A stretch of DNA of 63,899 nt, counting the filler, from Octopus bimaculoides (taxonomy: Eukaryota): the NCBI RefSeq assembly GCF_001194135.2. It is 9 parts of 9 records of this genome, joined end to end, with 100 filler letters (N's around TTAATTAATTAA, not from the genome) between each part and the next. Parts side by side here need not be neighbours in the genome. Positions count along the whole stretch, not along the records: positions 48,612 to 56,957 come from NC_068994.1; positions 57,058 to 60,482 come from NC_069009.1; positions 60,583 to 62,186 come from NC_069002.1; positions 62,287 to 63,899 come from NW_026314324.1; 5 more parts are not named here. One strand, written 5' to 3'. Positions 52,485-63,899 of the stretch are shown here, piece after piece. The notes beneath the pieces were generated by a model, which made no database searches, was not told where the DNA came from, and saw only the letters and a program-made list of their open reading frames with translations. The translations under genes were made by a program, and so were the position numbers. How positions within the stretch are numbered: position 1 is the stretch's first letter; each line of letters opens with the position of its first letter.

Positions 52485-52650
52485 ATATGACGGGCTTCTT
52501 TCAGTTTCCGTCTACCAAATCCACTGACAAGGTTTTGGTTGGCCCGAGGCTAAAGTAGAAAATACTTGCCCAAGGTACCACGGAGTGGGACTGAACCCAC
52601 AACCATGTGGTTGGTAAGCAAGCTTCTTACCACTCAGCCACTCCTGTGCG
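52485..52650 (-). mobile_element. SINE family B, 5' half; followed by a family A 3' fragment on + (52660-52770)
   Basis: gacgggcttctttcagtttccgtctaccaaatccac...gggactgaaccc...ccactcctgtgcg. Confidence 0.88.
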
Positions 52651-53713
52651 TACTTGATCAATTGGTCGATAATATAAAGTACCAGTCTACTACTGGGATC
52701 ATAATAATCAATTAATCCCGTCCCCACCTCCACTAATATCGCTGGCTTTGTGCCAAAATTTAAAGCCATTACATCATATAAACACAACAGAGGCATATAT
52801 GCCCTTTAACAATCTATGATGGAGTTTTGTCTTCGAACTGCATGGCTAATCTAAATAAAGCCAAATTTTCTCATCACGTTGTATTACATAAGTGCAACTT
52901 TATCGAATATGCATTTAGTATTCAAGATTTCCCCCTGTGTTACATTTCTTTCAGCCATATTGCTTATCTACATAAACAGCGATATTACTATGCGAAGCAT
53001 AATCCCTTGAATCGACAAGATTTTTAAATAATCGGAGAATTGTAAAGTAGCAACGCCACAAGAAGGGCATAATTCGATATTGAGTGAATATTTCGTTGTT
53101 CAGTTACAGTTTTTAAACTTCATTCTTCTGTTTAGGGAATTTTAATGTGTATAGACATTCATTGAAGTGCTTACTCGCTACCGTCATAATATTGGGTACT
53201 GTCTCTCGATTATTTACTGTCATTTAATGATGATATGCTTTTATCAGTGTTCTTTCTACGCATGAAGGCATGCCTACTGAATAAAAATACTAAGAGCACC
53301 AAATTCCAACTGGATACTGCAGTGCACAACAGAAATTTTCAAACGGGATTTGACAGGAGATTTGCGTACATAGACAGTGCAAATGCACCATCTGTAATCT
53401 AGTGTATGTTCAGTAGTATACAGTTCTAGATGTCATACTTCACCTATTTATGTAATTTAGACCACCTATATCAGTTGAAAAATGTTATGGCAATTTTAGT
53501 ATAAATTTCAATACAACAATTGTGTATGATTTATATACACGATATGCAATATTGGTACACTGCCCCCGCGCACACATACACAAACATATTTATATATGCA
53601 TATATATAGGTGTGCGTGTCTATACTATATATTATTTATAATGTAATATAGAATAATTAATATATATCAAAATAAAATTAAACATACGATATGTATGTAT
53701 ATCCATGTGTAAT

Positions 53714-53744
<31 letters not shown>

Positions 53745-54403
53745 CACATATTTATATATGTATANNNNNNNNNNNNNNNNNNNNNNNNNNNNNNNNNNNN
53801 NNNNNNNNNNNNNNNNNNNNNNNNNNNNNNNNNNNNNNNNNNNNNNNNNNNNNNNNNNNNNNNNNNNNNNNNNNNNNNNNNNNNNNNNNNNNNNNNNNNN
53901 NNNNNNNNNNNNNNNNNNNNNNNNNNNNNNNNNNNNNNNNNNNNNNNNNNNNNNNNNNNNNNNNNNNNNNNNNNNNNNNNNNNNNNNNNNNNNNNNNNNN
54001 NNNNNNATGTGAGTAAAAATAAATACAAAAAAAAGGGTTTTGTATGATCGTGTATAGAGGAATATATTATTTTATTTAAAAGAGTTCCAACTCTGTTTTT
54101 TTATGTTTTTTATTCATATTCTTGTAAAATTTATGTGGGATATAGAATATGGAATATATAATATATAATATAAAAAAAGATGGATTGTACAATGAAATGA
54201 AGTATTGAATGTCTTATTGAATATATGGAATATGTCTTATTGAATATATGAAATATTGAGTGTTCAATATAATGGATTAAATATATAAATATATAAAGGC
54301 GAATACGTATTTTCTATAGCTTGTGGTATTCCATCATGGCCGGTATGACAGACTGTAACAGACTGTGTAAATATATATATACACATATTTATATATGTAT
54401 TTA

Positions 54404-54434
<31 letters not shown>

Positions 54435-54507
54435 NNNNNNNNNNNNNNNNNNNNNNNNNNNNNNNNNTATATATATGCATATATATATATATATATATGT
54501 ATACATT

Positions 54508-54545
<38 letters not shown>

Positions 54546-54645
54546 CACACACACTAACACACACACACACACACACACACACACGTAACGATATGAATAT
54601 TTGTAAGTGTGATTGAGTGTATTATGATTATTATTATTATTATTA

Positions 54646-54701
<56 letters not shown>

Positions 54702-55315
54702 CATTTCCAGGTTTATGTGCGTTAATATACATCATTCAAATAATTCTTTTCCTGTTTCTCAGTTGACATAAGCATTATAACTTTGATAATACAGTGTAAG
54801 CGCTACGTTTGAAAACCATCACATCATCATTTCTTATTTCATCACAATACGAATGATAGAATTAACGTCATCTTCTATCAAGTTTTCAACTTAGAGGTAG
54901 ACAAGGAAAACTTAACATAGAAAGTGTAATTACTACGATACTTTGCCGTGGCTGCGATTCGCTGACTTTTATGACAGACTACAAGGCATGCTACACGTTA
55001 TTACTCCATATTATATCTTTGTAGGTAACATTATCCAATGTTTCAGTGCTTTTGTTGTGTGGCTTTCATGTTATGCAATAATTTTCTATATTTATTTCTA
55101 TATTTTCATAAATTTCTCTATGATGCTACGTCTCCGGAAATATATACACGCTGTTATGTGTATTATGGTAGAGCCTAAAATTTCACTGAGTTCTCTGATT
55201 TATATATTGCATGTACGGTTTCAAATGGCCTATACATATATATAAGAATGTGTTCAAAAGAATAACAGAGACAACTAATTCAAATTAAACATTTTTCAAA
55301 TAGATCATTACACTA

Positions 55316-55987
55316 TTTGAGCATGTGAGGGTGCAGGAGCGGTTGTGTGGTAAGTAACTTGATTACCAGCCACGTGGTTCTTGGCTTTCAGTCCCACTGC
55401 GTGGCACCTTGGGCAAGTGTCATCTACTGTGGCCTTGTGAGTGGATTTGGTAGACGGCAAAAGGCACCGTTAGAAAAAGTACTAGGCTTTGAGCATGTGA
55501 GGGCGCAGGAGTGGCTGTTTGGTAAGTGGCTTGCTCACCAACCACATGGTTCTGGGTTCAGTGCCATGCAGTCGATTTGCTCGACTAAAGGCGGTGCTCC
55601 AGCATGGCCGCAGTCAAATGACTGAAACAAGTAAAAGAATAAAAGAGTAAAGAGTATGTGATTAATGTAGTAAATTCCTAATAATCGTCGTATGCTTACG
55701 TTAATCAAATTCAGTGTTCTATATAATAGGTGTGGGTGTGGCTGCGCGGTAAGAAGTTTGGTTACCAACTAGACGGTTTCTGGTTCAGTCCCACTGCGTG
55801 GCAACTTGAGCAAGTGTCTCCTACTGTAGCATCAGGCTGACCAACATATTGAGAGTGGACTTGGTGGACGGAAGCTGAAAGAAACTGAAGGCGGTGAGCT
55901 GGCAGAAACGTTAGCACGCCAGGCGAAATGCTTAGCGGTATTTCGTCTGTCTTTACGTTCTGAGTTCAAATTCCGCCGAGGTTGACT
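55316..55987 (+). mobile_element. SINE cluster: three family B copies (55330, 55501, 55728) and a family A head (55890)
   Basis: Repeated g.gcaggag.ggctg.gtggtaag heads, a tail gcggtgctccagcatggccgcagtc at ~55590-55615, and ggcggtgagctggcagaaacgttagc at 55890. Confidence 0.85.
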
Positions 55988-57144
55988 ATATATGCCAGCG
56001 TTATATTTCAGTGTAGTAGAAGTATACATGAATTTGACTCACAAACAATAGAATATAACTCTTTCGAAACTGCGTTCACATCATTATATAGAGGGGAAAA
56101 AAAAATATGTTACAAGATAGAATGAAGATAATGTTCCAATTCGTTTCTCCGAAAACTGCAAATTTAGTTCTACGCTTTTGGACTTTACACCTTTAGTAAG
56201 ATCAAGATGCATAAGGAAATAAAATTACGAATAAAGTTTTTAACTACCATTTCCCCTTACGAACATCTAATAGTGTTTTACTTTTCAAAATAACCGTAGA
56301 AACCCCAGGCATTATAAATTTACTAATTTACATATTGAATATAAATTTGTTACATTTTAACATATTTACCGAATAACATTTAAATTAAAAGTGTATTAAG
56401 TATATTTTACCCTGTTATTTTTTTCTTCGGATTAACTATGTTAACCCAATTATGTATTTAATATTATGTAAAATATTCACTGCCTTTCTAATGGAACGTA
56501 ATATTCATTACCAAGTATTTATTACAAATTTGACGATATCTGTAAAAGCGTTTAATTCTTAATATTTTGTTCTTAATTACAAATACTACGTCATGGGTTT
56601 AGTCCGTATGCTTTCTAAGACTGCCATGATGTCGCCTACATTAAGATTAAGTTATAGTCGGTTCAATCGAATTCATTCTTTCAGTGATATCTCATTTACG
56701 AATCCTGAAGGAATGAAATGCAAATTAACCTTGGGACCTCACTAAATACTGACACGTAATATCTGTTGAACGACTGTGAAATTGCCAGCCACTAATCTCA
56801 AGCCAATATACACACAAGTAAATGTACACAAACACAGAAACACGCTCACACACGCACACACACACACACAAACACTCGCTCTCTCGCGCACACATATGAT
56901 ATTATTTATTTCCTTAATTTTGCTCATCAGTAAAACTGCTTTAATTTCTTTCTATATNNNNNNNNNNNNNNNNNNNNNNNNNNNNNNNNNNNNNNNNNNN
57001 NTTAATTAATTAANNNNNNNNNNNNNNNNNNNNNNNNNNNNNNNNNNNNNNNNNNNNATATATATATATATATATATATATACATCCAGATGCACAGAAA
57101 GTATCTCTGATATGCATTTTGTTGAGTCCACAGCTGTAACCTAC

Positions 57145-57615
57145 ACCAGTGTCGCATAACCAGCCCACTCAAAAGTACCTTGGATCGTAGGGTGACATGC
57201 CATGCTTGAGGAGACCTATTGAGTCAAGTACATCAACATCAGCAATATCAAAATGAAATCAAATGGAAATTGTAGTTGTGAGCCCCGTGCTGGTAGCACG
57301 TAAAAAGCACCATCCGAATGTGGCCCATGCTAGTACCGCCTTGACTGGCTTCTGTGCCGGTGGCATGTAAAAATCACCATCTGATCATGGTCGATGCCAA
57401 CTCCTCTGGCCCCTTGTGCCAGTGGCACGTAAAAGCACCCACTACACTCTTGGTGTGATTGGTGTTAGGAAGGACATCCAGCTGTAGAAACACTGCCAGA
57501 TCAGATTGGGGCCTGGTGCAGCCTCCTAGCTTCCCAGACCCCAGTCGAACTGTCCAACCCATGCCAGCATGGAAAACGGACGTTAAACAATGTTGTTAAT
57601 GATGTTGATGATGAT
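57145..57615 (+). mobile_element. SINE/retro-repeat with triplicated internal module and RTE-like tail (Ceph-domain-like)
   Basis: The module gtgc.ggtggcacgtaaaa.gcacc occurs at 57287, 57354 and 57416, followed by gttaggaagg.catccagctgtagaaa and the tail aacccatgccagcatggaaaacggacgttaaa. Confidence 0.75.
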
Positions 57616-57798
57616 ATACTTAAATGCACACACACAAAACATATCTCACATAGATGCTTACATACAAACTCACACAGGTGTTCATCCATACATGTACGAA
57701 ATATCTCACATATACTTACATAAGAATGTGCGTGGCTATGTGAGTGAATGAATGCGAATATGTGTGTGTGTCTGTGTATGTATATATATATATATATA

Positions 57799-57950
57799 GG
57801 CACAGGAGTGACTGTGTGGTAAGAAGTTTGCTTTCCAACCACATGGCTCTGGGTTCAGTCCTTGGGCAAATGTCTTCTACTATAGTCTCAGGCCAACCAA
57901 AACCTTGTGAGTGGATTTGGTAGATAGAAACTGAAAGAAGTCCATCATAT
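57799..57950 (+). mobile_element. SINE family B, 5' half
   Basis: ggcacaggagtgactgtgtggtaag...cttgggcaaatgtcttctactatag...gaaactgaaagaagtcc. Confidence 0.88.
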
Positions 57951-58074
57951 ACATATATATATATATATATATATGAAGTGCTGGTGATCCCAACGGAAAG
58001 TGTGCATTCATGTGAGTGTATGTGAGAATGGTGTATGTGAATGTGTAAGTATGTGTGTGTGAATAGGGGATAGT

Positions 58075-59180
58075 GACTCTGATATGAGTGAGTGTGTGCG
58101 TGTGTGTGTGCGTCTGTAACATGATGCTGCTCATATAGTGGTATGTGTGGTGACGCTATTGAAGATAGTGTTTGGGTGCATGGATGGTGGTGTGGGTGCT
58201 GGGAAGTGGTCACTGCTAGTGTATGTTGGGTGGGGTGGGGATGGAAGGTGGTATCAATGAAGAGAGGAGGTGGGTAGGTTTGAAGAGAGAAAGGTGTTAG
58301 ATGAAGAGAGGAGGGGAGTTGAGTCCATGTGGTGCAAAGGAGTGAAGAGAGAAGCTTAATTCCTGTTCGTGGTGAAGGAGGGAGTCCAGATGGATCCTTT
58401 GCAAAGTTACTCCAAACACAGACAAATGTTGTAGTGAATAACCGGTAGAGGTGAAATGGTGTGAGACTGGGGTGTCATTGCTGAGTCTGATATCTCAGGG
58501 GTGCTCTGTGAACCGGTCAGCCAAGTGGCATCCCGTTTGACTGATGTACAGAGAAGGGCAGAAAAAGCAGGAGATACAGTAAATGACATTACTAGAAGTG
58601 CTGGTAAAGGAGTCAGTGATATGATAAGGATGATGATGGGTACCTGTGAGGATGGTGGTGTTGGAGAGGCAGGGGCAAGTATGGTAGCATAGGAGGGAGC
58701 AGGGGTACAAGCTAGGCTGGGAGGTGGGGTTAGGGAAGAAACTGTGGACCAGGAGGTCATGCAGGTTATGGGCTTGTTTGAAGGAGGGAAAGGGTAGGTT
58801 GGGAAGATGTATGAGGTGGAGGAGTCAGACTGGAGTTGCTAGAAGGCTTGGAAAATAGTGTGTTGGAGGGGCAGTGTGAACAGGTGGTAAGTGAGGGGAA
58901 ACAGGAGAGAGGCAACAGTGGGGTGGATGTGAAGAGAAAGAGCAGAGGCATGGTCCATGGAACGGGCCCTGGCAAGGGTAGTGTGGATAATGGTGAGAGG
59001 ATATCCACGAATGATGAAGTGGTGAGCCATGAGTTGAGACTGAGTCCTAAAGTCACGCTTGCCACTGCGGAGCCTGCGTAGACGGAGGAATTGGGAATAG
59101 GGGATAGAGAACTTGGTGTGGGTAGGGTAGGAGGGAGGAGAAGTTAAAGTAGGAGTGTGAATTGGTGTGTTTGTAGTATA
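58075..59180 (-). mobile_element. Penelope-like element remnant (RT C-terminal region plus GIY-YIG endonuclease)
   Basis: Minus strand HTKFSIPYSQFLRLRRL...RGYP, then CPCLSNT...DSFTSTSSNVIYCISCFFCPSLYISQTGCHLADRFTEH (GIY-YIG: VIY...YI[G]QT) and EQELSFSLHSFAPHGLN. Stops and frameshifts are present. Confidence 0.88.
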
Positions 59181-59184
59181 TATA

Positions 59185-59676
59185 GGTGCAGGAGTAGCTG
59201 TGTGGTAAGTAACTTGCTTACCAACCACATGGTTCTGGCTTCAGTCCCACTGCGTGGCACCTTGGGCAAGTGTCTTCTACTATAGCCTTGGGCCGACCAA
59301 AACCTTGTTAGTGGATTTGCTACATAGAAACTGAAAGAAGCCCGTCGTATATATGTATACATATGTGTATATACATATATACGACGGGCTTCTTTCAGTT
59401 TCCGTGTACCAAATCCACTTACAAGGTTTTGGTCGGCCCAAGGCTATAGTGTATATGTATGTGTGTGTATATGTTTGTGTGTCTGTGTTTGTTCCCCCCA
59501 ACATCGCTTGACAACCGATGCTGGTGTGTTTACGTCCCCGTAGCTTAGCAGTTCGGCAAAAGAGACCGATAGAATAAGTACTAGGCTTACAAAGAATAAG
59601 TCCTGGGGTCGATTTGCTCGACTAAAGTCAGTGCTCCAGCATGGCTGCACTCAAATGACTGAGACAAGTAAAAGAA
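59185..59676 (+). mobile_element. SINE family B, full length, containing an internal inverted duplication
   Basis: Head at 59185, inverted copy at 59370-59450, 3' half at 59460-59676. Confidence 0.9.
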
Positions 59677-59714
59677 TATATATATATATATATATATTTA
59701 TATGTATGTATACA

Positions 59715-59773
<59 letters not shown>

Positions 59774-59778
59774 GCACG

Positions 59779-59809
<31 letters not shown>

Positions 59810-59919
59810 GTATACTTCCATACCAAATATTGTTCAGTGAGCACTCGTATCTCTAGATTATTAGTAAATTATAAATACTTAAACCATTATATCTGTCTTC
59901 TTGGAGCTATTTCCAAGTA

Positions 59920-59951
59920 TCATAATCATCAGCAGCACCATCACCTCATAT

Positions 59952-59997
<46 letters not shown>

Positions 59998-60482
59998 CCA
60001 TTGTTGTTATCATCACCATCCTTATCATTTCTACCTACACCTACACCATTATCTTCATCATCCTCGTCATCACCACTACCGCCACCACCATCATGGTATT
60101 TATAATCATCACCACCACCATCATCATCATAATCGTGGTAATGGTAACTATTGTCGCTGTCATTGTGATCCAGCTGCTCCTCCTCCTCCTCCTTTTCATC
60201 ATAATCTTAATCATCATCATCATCGTCATCATCATCATGGTCATCATCATCATCGTCGTCATCGTCGTCATCATCATCATCATCGTCGTCATCATCATCA
60301 TGGTCATCATCATCGTCATCATCATCATCATCATCGTCATCATCATCATCGTCATCGTCATCGTCATCATCATCATCGTCATCATCGTCATCATCATCGT
60401 TGTTGTTGTTGTTAGAATTATTATTATCATTTATCGCTATTATTACTGCTATTATCTTTGGTGTCATCATCATCATCATCAT
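59920..60482. repeat. (CAT/CGT/CAC)n trinucleotide array
   Basis: Directly visible; source of the poly-His/Asp/Met pseudo-ORFs. Confidence 0.95.
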
Positions 60483-60599
60483 NNNNNNNNNNNNNNNNNN
60501 NNNNNNNNNNNNNNNNNNNNNNNNNNTTAATTAATTAANNNNNNNNNNNNNNNNNNNNNNNNNNNNNNNNNNNNNNNNNNNNATTACAAACTCGCTCAC

Positions 60600-60750
60600 A
60601 TACAGGTACAACACGCGTTTGCCCACGGAATGAACTGGTGCATCTGAAATAGATTGTCTTGCTCAGAGAGCCGAACGCGCCGCTATGTCGAACTCGCGTC
60701 TTTACGACTGTGAGCTGGTTGTCCTAATCAGTAGGCCCAACACCTTCACA
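60600..60750 (-). mobile_element. SINE family D head, diverged
   Basis: The reverse complement reads gctcacagtcgtaaagacgcgagttcgac...ctgagcaagacaatctatttcag...ttgtacctgta. Confidence 0.7.
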
Positions 60751-62286
60751 TACACTCATAGCAGGATTTGTAATGATAAATTCACAGTTACTGTGAAGGT
60801 ACAGCCTGCCATCTTTCCAGTGGGAATCGTAATAACTGCTTTATTACCGTTTCTTCGTTCGGTTGTTTGTTTTGAAGATCAGGTCTCCAGAATCAACAAT
60901 TATGCTTCTTTCTCTTTTTTAGTACCTTTTATATTTACAGTTCTTTGATTTTGTAAGCATATTTCGATTCAATTTGAAGTGTTTAAATATATTTTGTTAG
61001 AGTTTATAATTTTATTTTCTCTTGGCTTATATAATATCTATTACATTTAGCATGTATATTTTTACACACTAGCGTCTCTAATGTTTATTTTTATACAATT
61101 CTTTTTAGAATGATTTTTAGAGTTATAACTTTTATACATTAAAAGATCAGGAGATGCAAAAAATATATTTCTGTGAATTAGTTTTTTGCAAAGTTATATT
61201 CCACACGTTTTTCTACATTTTGGAAATCAGAAACTGCAGAAGGTTAAGTTGTTTACATTATGCTTCCGTTAAACCTACTTTGTTGCCTGTGAAGTGCATA
61301 AATATACTTTGATGGCATTTGAAAGCATTAGTTATCCCACTACCTGAAAATTAAAACTTCTATTGATTCTCCTCAATTTAATAAAGTCAAATAGAAAATA
61401 AATATGGTAAACGGTATGGAATCTCTGATGTACGATGAGAATTATTTAAAGGATTATAAATGAACCAGTGTCAAAGCTATTTACCTGCAAAAGAATTATT
61501 GCAATTTATACCATTTATTTCTGGAATCACTTCAGCTCTTTGTGATGACGCATATGAGAGATTCACATGACAAAATGTTCGGCTATCATGGGACACTAGC
61601 CATCAGAAGATTGGTTACCACCTATAGTTATTTGCCTTTCATCTTCTTTTCATTCGCTTTTTCAACAAGGAAAAAGGAGATTTGTGTTATTTAAAGGTCA
61701 TCCTGAACTGAGGCGAAAAGTTGATTTAGTTTAGTAATGGGGACCGGGAGTAGATATAAAACCAAATGAATGAACACTTCAAAGTCATTGGATATCACAG
61801 AGAGGTAGGTTAAATATAAATAATACATGTTGTAGATTTATAAAAAGATATTAAATTTGGAAGAGACAGAATTCAGAATTCATTTCAAATGAAGAAACAA
61901 GTGGAAATAGACAAACAAGCTTTCTTTATCCACGCTTTGCTCCATTACACTAGATGTGATGAGATGTGATGTGTGTGTTTGTGAATGCGTGCGTGCGTGC
62001 GTGTGTATAATCCAATTCAAACACGACAGAAGCCCAAACCTAAACCTGGAAGTACGTCTAATATTACTACTGGAATGCACAGGGTTAAATCTCAAGGTGG
62101 ATGAGCTTCATACTGTACTCTAGTACGTTCTTAACAGGATATACCATAACTGCATACATACATACATGCAAATATATATATATATANNNNNNNNNNNNNN
62201 NNNNNNNNNNNNNNNNNNNNNNNNNNNNNNTTAATTAATTAANNNNNNNNNNNNNNNNNNNNNNNNNNNNNNNNNNNNNNNNNNNN

Positions 62287-62370
62287 TAATAATAATATAA
62301 CAATAGCATCAACAGCAACAACAATAGTAATATCAATAACAGTAATGGTAATGATAATGGAAATAATAAC

Positions 62371-62405
<35 letters not shown>

Positions 62406-62452
62406 TAATAATAATAATAATAATAATAATGATGATGATAATAATAATAATG

Positions 62453-62519
<67 letters not shown>

Positions 62520-62607
62520 TAATAAAAATGAAATAATAATAATCTTCTAATGATGATGATGAAAATAATAATGAAAATAATGATAAAAATAATGATGATG
62601 ATGATGG

Positions 62608-62685
<78 letters not shown>

Positions 62686-62728
62686 GGGTGATGGTGGTGT
62701 TGATGACGATGATGAAAATAATAATGAA

Positions 62729-62790
<62 letters not shown>

Positions 62791-62801
62791 TGATGATGAT
62801 G

Positions 62802-62835
<34 letters not shown>
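62287..62835. repeat. (AAT/GAT)n trinucleotide array
   Basis: Directly visible. Confidence 0.95.
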
Positions 62836-62836
<1 letters not shown>

Positions 62837-62945
62837 TTCATTTATTTGCCACAAGGGCGATGGATGAGGTGGGGGGGACAAAGAGCAACAGTGATAATAA
62901 TAATAATAACAAATAATAGTGTGAAGCTTACACATTTCAGAACGC
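62830..62945 (-). mobile_element. 3' tail of a Tx1-like LINE
   Basis: atttcatttatttgccacaagggcg resembles the tail at 38495 (atttcatttatttgacataaaggcg) and the reverse of the tail at 40917. Confidence 0.55.
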
Positions 62946-63459
62946 AACTCTATCTTTTTCAGACAGTTTCAAAATGGCGGATCGGGTTACCGCGAAAGCG
63001 AGGCTCGTCTCTTTCATAGAATCTCGCCTTTAAATCATTACTCTTTCGAATGAACGAAGAGACAAAAAAAAAACAAAAAAATAACAGAACTTAAGTTAAA
63101 AGGAGAGAAAGAAATGGAACAAAAATATATAAAGAAAAAAAAAACAACAACAACAAAAAGGAAAAGGAAAAGAATAAAAGAAGAAAAATACGAAACAATA
63201 ACAAAAAGGTAAAAATAAAATTTGCACAATCTCACTTGGCAACAAGAATCTCACCAATCGGATTCGCGTCTTCGTATTTCTTGTGTTTTGCGTGTTGGCG
63301 TTTTACATATTATTGTCTTGTGTTCTGCATTTTGTTTCTTGCACATGTCGTCGATGCGGAAGCGAAGCGAAGCTGTTGTTCGCCTTCCTTGGCGCAATCA
63401 TCGTGAAGCGAAGTTTATTTATGTATATATATAATCAGGTGTATCTATTCTTAAATATG

Positions 63460-63588
63460 AATGATGATGATGATGATGACGATGATGACGATGATGACGA
63501 TGAGAGTGACAACAACAGTAAGGATTGTAACAACAATCACAATAGCAATAACGATGACAGTTGTGATGATAATAATAATAATAATAAT

Positions 63589-63651
<63 letters not shown>

Positions 63652-63728
63652 TATTAATATTAATAACAATAATAATGATAATAATGATGATGATGATGAT
63701 AATGATAATAATAATAATAATAATAATC
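63460..63728. repeat. (GAT/AAT)n trinucleotide array
   Basis: Directly visible. Confidence 0.95.
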
Positions 63729-63899
63729 TGTGTCCTGTCTGTATTTGCAAAGGGAAGTCATCCTTCCCATCTTGATCTGTGATACGCACGGACTCGAGTT
63801 TCTGGGTATTTACCCGTCCACCCTTAGGGGTCAGCCGCATTTAAGTGGCACTGTTAATACCTCGTTCAGAGATTTAACATTATATATATATATATATAT

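Noticed and set aside
59702-60530. Long His-rich, Asp-rich and Ile/Met-rich ORFs
   Set aside because: Translations of a (CAT/CGT)n microsatellite, open in several frames and on both strands, with no splice or domain evidence.

Overview
AT-rich, extremely microsatellite-rich eukaryotic non-coding DNA. The SINE families and repeat load suggest an octopus genome, possibly an Octopus bimaculoides draft (inference). I found no convincing host protein-coding exon. Nearly all ORF-track entries are translations of (TA)n/(CA)n/(ATT)n/(CAT)n tracts or N-gaps. The recognisable content is decayed mobile DNA: more than 30 tRNA-derived SINE copies or fragments of at least four families; a near full-length dead mariner (14179-15317); a pogo/Tigger remnant; hAT MITE pieces; a foldback element with an internal TTAGGG tract; two head-to-head Tx1/L1-clade LINE fragments; an R4/Dong-like RT fragment at an (AAT)n run; a Penelope-like GIY-YIG remnant; and an intron-containing tRNA-Tyr pseudogene. 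The most interesting signal is a set of hammerhead-ribozyme (HHR) motifs. These include two full type I HHRs in a diverged ~344-bp tandem repeat at 12780-13495 (retrozyme-like architecture) and several minimal HHRs with a palindromic helix III. One of the latter has a SINE inserted into its catalytic core with a 13-bp target-site duplication. All structures were folded by eye and need computational and experimental confirmation.
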